From NCBI GenBank assembly GCA_046581755.1, contig JAYGFR010000209.1, positions 1 through 10,977 on the forward strand: a stretch of 10,977 nucleotides of DNA. Direction: 5' to 3'. Source of the DNA: Nitrospinota bacterium (GTDB taxonomy: Bacteria > UBA8248). The notes below the pieces were generated by a model. That model ran no database searches and was not told the DNA's origin. It worked only from the letters and a program-made list of their open reading frames with translations. How positions within the stretch are numbered: position 1 is the stretch's first letter; the number at the start of each line of letters is the position of its first letter. Shown in pieces: positions 6,830-10,977 of the stretch. The position numbers and the translations under genes were made by a program.

Positions 6830-7972
6830 TTGGAATTTGGATTCACCGAACAACAAGAACTCATGCGCCGCACGCTGGATGAGTTGCTGGGCCGCGTATG
6901 CCCGCCCGAGTACGCGATGGCGTGCGACCAAAAGGGCGAGGCCCCGGTGGAGGCCTACGCCGCGCTGGCCGAGGGCGGCTGGATCGGCGTCTCCGTCCCC
7001 GAAGAATACGGAGGCATGGGCGGGAACGCGCTCGATCTCGCCATCGTCCTCGAGACGGCGGGGACCCACTACCTCGATCTCGCCACCATGATCTTCCGGA
7101 ACGTCTGCTATGGGTGCGACGCGGTTTTGATGAGCGGGACAGACGCCCAGAAAAAAGAGATCATTCCGGCGGTGGTGGAGGGCAAGGCCTTTTTCGCCTT
7201 CAGCCTCACCGAGCCCGACGCGGGCTCGGACGCGGCGGCGATCATCACCCGGGCCGACCGCGAAGGAGACACCTTTCGCATCACAGGCACCAAAAACTTC
7301 ACTTCGGGAATGCCCACCGCGACGCATATCCTCATCGCCGCGCGAACGGACCGTTCGGGCGAGCGGCACCAGGGCATCACCAACTTCATCCTCCCGGCCG
7401 ATCGCGAGGGGATCGAGTGGAAAAAGCTCGCCCTCCTCGGCCACCGGGCGATGGGAACGTGCGAGGTCCACTACGGCGGGGTCGAGGCCCGCGAAGATGA
7501 GGTTCTCGGCGATATCGGAGAGGGATGGGGGGCCCTGATGGCCTACATCACGACCGAGCGGCTTTGCCTCTCCGCGGCCCGGACCGGAGCGGCGGCGGCG
7601 ACGCTCGCCCTCGCCCTCGATCACGCCAAGGAGCGAGAGCAGTTCGGACGGCCCATCGGCAAGTTCCAGGCCGTGAGCCACATGCTCGCCGAGATGCACA
7701 CCCTCGTGGACACGGCCCGGCTTCAGGTCTACCGCTTCGCCTGGCTCGTCTCCGAGGGAAAGGCGGGGCGCATCGAGGCCGCCACCCTCAAGCTCTACGC
7801 CGGGGAGGCCTACAAGCGGGTGGCCGACCTGGGCGTCCAGGTGATGGGCGGCTACGGATACAGTGCCGAGTTCGCTATGGAGCGCCACTACCGCGACGCC
7901 CGGCTCGCCACCATCGGCGCGGGCACGAGCGAGATCCAGCGCAACATCATCGCTAAGGCGCTCGGGCTCTAG
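6830..7972 (+). CDS. Acyl-CoA dehydrogenase family protein (380 aa)
   Basis: TTG start with GGAG upstream; MEFGFTEQQEL, VPEEYGGMG, FSLTEPDAGSD, ITGTKNFTS, REQFGRPIGKFQAVSH, QVMGGYGY, ERHYRDAR and IGAGTSEIQR. Confidence 0.96.
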   Translation: MEFGFTEQQELMRRTLDELLGRVCPPEYAMACDQKGEAPVEAYAALAEGGWIGVSVPEEYGGMGGNALDLAIVLETAGTHYLDLATMIFRNVCYGCDAVLMSGTDAQKKEIIPAVVEGKAFFAFSLTEPDAGSDAAAIITRADREGDTFRITGTKNFTSGMPTATHILIAARTDRSGERHQGITNFILPADREGIEWKKLALLGHRAMGTCEVHYGGVEAREDEVLGDIGEGWGALMAYITTERLCLSAARTGAAAATLALALDHAKEREQFGRPIGKFQAVSHMLAEMHTLVDTARLQVYRFAWLVSEGKAGRIEAATLKLYAGEAYKRVADLGVQVMGGYGYSAEFAMERHYRDARLATIGAGTSEIQRNIIAKALGL

Positions 7973-8155
7973 CGGCGCTCATCCGGCCCCGGCTCCTCAT
8001 GGTGTCACCGAAAATTTTCCGGCCCCGGGCCCTCCCGCCCCGGCGCGGATTGAATTTCCGGCCCGGATCGGATAAGGAATCCACATCCGAAAAGATGCGT
8101 TCGCCGCAACGGTGCGGCGCTTCCATCGAGCGAGTTACCGACGAAAGAGTATCCG

Positions 8156-8617
8156 ATGCCCCTGGACCCGGCCGTTTTGGAGCACGCGTTTCCCGAATTC
8201 GAGTTTGCCGTCGAGCGCGGAAAAATCCGCGAGTTCGCCCTGGCGCTCGGGCTGGAGGACCCCGTTCACTTCAATGTTGAGGCGGCGCGGGCGGCGGGGT
8301 ACGCCGACCTGCTGGCTCCCCCGACGTTCACCCGCCAGTTCTGGCACGAAAACGGCGAGAACGACCCGATGCCCCACCTGGGCTACGACCCCAAGCGCCG
8401 CCTCCACGGAGAACAGGAGTTCGAGTACCACAAACCCCTCGTCGCCGGGACCCTTCTGCGCGGGCGAAACGTCATCGCCTCGACCCGCGAGAAAGGGGGC
8501 CGCCGCGGGGGAAAGATGACATTCGTCGTGATCGAAACGCGGTTCCTGGACGAGGGCGGCGAGGTCGTCCAGGTGGCCCGGCGCACCCTGATCGAAACGG
8601 CGGCCCCGCCGGAATAA
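8156..8617 (+). CDS. MaoC dehydratase N-terminal-type hot-dog protein (HadA-like partner subunit, 153 aa)
   Basis: VERGKIREFALALGLEDPVHF, APPTF, LHGEQEFEYHKPL and GGKMTFVVIET motifs are typical of this family; SD is weak. Confidence 0.9.
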   Translation: MPLDPAVLEHAFPEFEFAVERGKIREFALALGLEDPVHFNVEAARAAGYADLLAPPTFTRQFWHENGENDPMPHLGYDPKRRLHGEQEFEYHKPLVAGTLLRGRNVIASTREKGGRRGGKMTFVVIETRFLDEGGEVVQVARRTLIETAAPPE

Positions 8618-8637
8618 AATGGATAGGAGGCCGCCCC

Positions 8638-9069
8638 GTGGCCGAACCTTTTGCCTACGCCCATTGGGACGACCTCACCGAGGGCGCCAGGCGCGAACTC
8701 ACGGTGGGACCGCTCACCCGGACCGACTTCGTGCGCTTCGCCGGGGCGAACGGCGATTTCAACCCGAACCATCACGATGAGATTTACGCCATCCAGTCTG
8801 GATTCGAAAAGGTCTTCGCGCCCGGGATGCTCCAGGGGGGATACCTGGGGCGGCTGGTGTCCGAATGGGTGGGTCCCGGCGCCCTGCGCTCTTTCCGGCT
8901 CCGCTTTTCTTCTCAGGCGTGGCCGGGGGACATGGTGATCTGCCGGGCAAAGGTGGTCCGCCGCTTCGAGGAGGGCGGCGAGCGGCGCGTCGAAATCGAG
9001 GCCGAGGCCGTCAGCCAGAGCGGGGACGCCCTCATCAAGGCCCACGCGGTCGCCGCCCCGCAATCCTGA
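8638..9069 (+). CDS. MaoC/(R)-specific enoyl-CoA hydratase-type hot-dog protein (catalytic subunit, 143 aa)
   Basis: GTG start with AGGAGG SD; hydratase-2 motif FAGANGDFNPNHHD with the Asp/His dyad; AIQSGFEKVFAPGML; RLRFSSQAWPGD. Confidence 0.92.
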   Translation: MAEPFAYAHWDDLTEGARRELTVGPLTRTDFVRFAGANGDFNPNHHDEIYAIQSGFEKVFAPGMLQGGYLGRLVSEWVGPGALRSFRLRFSSQAWPGDMVICRAKVVRRFEEGGERRVEIEAEAVSQSGDALIKAHAVAAPQS

Positions 9070-9090
9070 TTCCAACCGAACGAGGGTTTC

Positions 9091-10284
9091 ATGCTCAAAG
9101 GCTACCGCATCCTGGATCTGGGCCAGGTCATTGCCGGCGCGATCGGGGGGATGATCCTCGCCGACATGGGCGCCGAGGTCATCAAGATCGAATCCCCCCG
9201 GGGCGACCTCGGGCGAAACCCCGCCATCGCCGGGATCGGCGATGTGTCGAGCATCTTCCTCACCTTCAACCGGGGCAAGAAAAGCATCGTCCTCGATCTC
9301 AAGAACGAGGACGGGAAAAAGGCGTTTCTCGATCTCGTGGCGGTATCGGACGCCGTTCTGGTCAATTTCCGGCCCGGCACGATGGACCCGCTTGGCCTGG
9401 GCTATGAGGCGATGCGCGGGCGAAACTCCGAAATCGTCTTTGTGGATTCGAGCGGATACGGGGACGCGGGGCCATGGCGCGACCGGCCCGCGTTCGACCT
9501 AGTGGAGGTGGCCGTGAGCGGGCACATGTCCATCACCGGCGAGCCAGGGCGCGCACCGGGGAGGCCCGGAACCCCCTCGGCCGACATATCGACGGCGCTC
9601 TATTGCGCCCTCGCCTGCATGGCGGGGCTGCTCGGCAAGGCGAAGAGCGGCGGCGGCGCCCATATGGAGGTGCCCATGTTCGACGTCCAGCTCGCTATGC
9701 TCGGCTACATCTCGACCATGTACCTCAACAAGGGAGACCTTCCCGATCCGCCGGGCAACGCCCACGAATACATGGTCCCCTATCAGGCGTTCGCCACCGC
9801 GACGGGCCATATCGTCCTCTCCCCCCGGGAGGACCGCTTCTACAAGAAAATGTGCGAGACGATGGGCATTCCCGAACTGGGCGAAGACCCCCGCTTTCGC
9901 ACGAACGACATGCGCGCCGAGCACCAGGACGAACTCCTTCCGGTGATGGAAAAAATCCTCCTCGAAAAATCCGCCGAAGAGTGGCTGGCCATTTTCGATG
10001 AGGCCGGGGTGCCCGCCGCGCCGGTGAACAAGCTCGACCGCGCCCTCGAGAACGAACAGGTCGAGGCGCGGGGGCTGATCCGCGAGTTCGACTACCCCGG
10101 CTCGGGGACGGTCCGCGTCGTCGGAAACCCCATCCGCGACCTGACCCTTCCCCGGAACCACGACCCTGGGCCCGCCCCCCCGCTGGGCGGTCACACCGGG
10201 GAGATCTTGAAAAACGTCCTCGGCTACGGAGATGAAAAAATCCACGCCCTGATGGACTCGGGCGCCGCTCAGGGACCCTCCTGA
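9091..10284 (+). CDS. CaiB/BaiF family III CoA-transferase (397 aa)
   Basis: LKGYRILDL, LADMGAEVIKIESPRGD, FNRGKKSIVLDLK, NFRPG, SGHMSITG, probable catalytic Asp165 (PSADIST), DPRFRTN, GVPAAPVN and APPLGGHTGEIL. Confidence 0.95.
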   Translation: MLKGYRILDLGQVIAGAIGGMILADMGAEVIKIESPRGDLGRNPAIAGIGDVSSIFLTFNRGKKSIVLDLKNEDGKKAFLDLVAVSDAVLVNFRPGTMDPLGLGYEAMRGRNSEIVFVDSSGYGDAGPWRDRPAFDLVEVAVSGHMSITGEPGRAPGRPGTPSADISTALYCALACMAGLLGKAKSGGGAHMEVPMFDVQLAMLGYISTMYLNKGDLPDPPGNAHEYMVPYQAFATATGHIVLSPREDRFYKKMCETMGIPELGEDPRFRTNDMRAEHQDELLPVMEKILLEKSAEEWLAIFDEAGVPAAPVNKLDRALENEQVEARGLIREFDYPGSGTVRVVGNPIRDLTLPRNHDPGPAPPLGGHTGEILKNVLGYGDEKIHALMDSGAAQGPS

Positions 10285-10658
10285 TCCGGCGGCCGGCCGC
10301 ATCCAGAAACGGCGCGTCTCTGGCCTTCCGGCACCCCCCTGCAACCTCCCGAAATCGCTTCCGCTGGGCGCAACCGGCCCCCATCGCGGGCGGGCTTTCC
10401 CCCCGGCGCGTTCGACATATACATTTCGCCGTCAGGGCTGCTACAAAAAATGCGCGGTCATGGGCGGTACCGCCCCCGGCATCCCCGCCCCCCGGAGAGG
10501 CTTTGGGAAAATCCACCAGGGATCGGGCCCGGGCGGACATTCGGCCTGAAGGCCGCCTCCAGGCGTGCACGGGCGGGGCCAAAATATTCGTGCCCGTATC
10601 CAGCTTGAGGGCTACATTATAAGAGTAAATTATCTTTTTTCTGCCTGGAGGCCCTCCC

Positions 10659-10977
10659 ATGAAAAAAAGATCGTCCCCGAGAAAGAAAAACCCACCGCCC
10701 GCCGAGGCCGGCAGGCTGACGCGCCGCCTCTTTTTGGCCGGAGGCGCTCTTCTCGCTGGGATCGCCTCGGCGGGATGGTTTTTGATGAAGCGCCCCTGGG
10801 GGGATGCCCTCCCGGCCGCCGCCGGCGATCTCCCCCGCCGCGGGGAGAAGCGCCCGGTCCTTTCCCCCTTGAACTACCGGGACTCCGTCCGGCGCGCCTA
10901 CCAGGCGGCGCGGGAGACCCCCTCTCTTTTCGATAAGCTGTTCTGCTATTGCTACTGCGACCGGAGCTTCGGCCACA
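10659..10977 (+). CDS. PCYCGC/CYCXC-motif family protein with twin-arginine-like leader; partial, runs off the window end
   Basis: Absent from the ORF track (no stop in window). SD GGAGG 10647-10651, ATG 10659: MKKRSSPRKKNPPPAEAGRLTRRLFLAGGALLAGIASAGWFLMKRPWGDALPAAAGDLPRRGEKRPVLSPLNYRDSVRRAYQAARETPSLFDKLFCYCYCDRSFGH...; AY..A...P..fD.L.CYC.C....GH is the family pattern as I recall it. Confidence 0.85.
   Translation, partial: MKKRSSPRKKNPPPAEAGRLTRRLFLAGGALLAGIASAGWFLMKRPWGDALPAAAGDLPRRGEKRPVLSPLNYRDSVRRAYQAARETPSLFDKLFCYCYCDRSFGH

Noticed and set aside
6266..7888. Long antisense or alternate-frame ORFs (e.g. 6266..7888 -, 1922..2941 -, 4540..5352 +, 9499..10344 -, 9725..10660 -)
   Set aside because: Shadow ORFs expected from high-GC codon bias opposite well-supported genes; no recognisable motifs.
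7982..8066. Spaced repeats as a degenerate CRISPR array
   Set aside because: Repeats are only 10-16 nt with irregular spacing, and there are no cas genes in the window.
9067..9093. The MaoC stop TGA is in frame with the CoA-transferase ATG with no intervening stop, so Sec read-through could give a fusion protein
   Set aside because: No convincing SECIS hairpin follows, the position is after the domain end rather than at a conserved Cys, the downstream gene has its own SD (GAGGG), and in-frame spacing occurs by chance one time in three.
10565..10976. Track ORFs 10565..10936 (+) and 10617..10976 (-)
   Set aside because: The frame starting at ATG 10659 has the SD, export leader and CYCYC family motif; these two are overlapping shadows.

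Overview
GC-rich bacterial chromosomal window of ordinary metabolic and hypothetical genes, with no mobile element, RNA gene or CRISPR array that I can recognise. In order: membrane protein (-), aldo/keto reductase (-), EamA/DMT transporter (+), DUF1330 protein (-), exported pentapeptide-repeat protein (+), cupin (+), bidirectional terminator, selenophosphate synthetase selD (-), then a co-directional acyl-CoA cluster (+) of D-2-hydroxyacid dehydrogenase, acyl-CoA dehydrogenase, two MaoC/hot-dog subunits and a family III CoA-transferase. The ORF track misses two things. (1) selD actually starts at GTG 5588 and reads through an in-frame UGA (5529-5531) at its catalytic Cys/Sec position, followed by a SECIS-like hairpin, so it is a selenoprotein. 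(2) A gene truncated by the window edge starts at 10659 and encodes a twin-arginine-leader protein with a CYCYC motif (PCYCGC/CYCXC family), a candidate second selenoprotein. I cannot support a wholly new biological system from this window. The best leads are these selenium-related genes, the uncharacterised acyl-CoA module and several intergenic repeats/palindromes.
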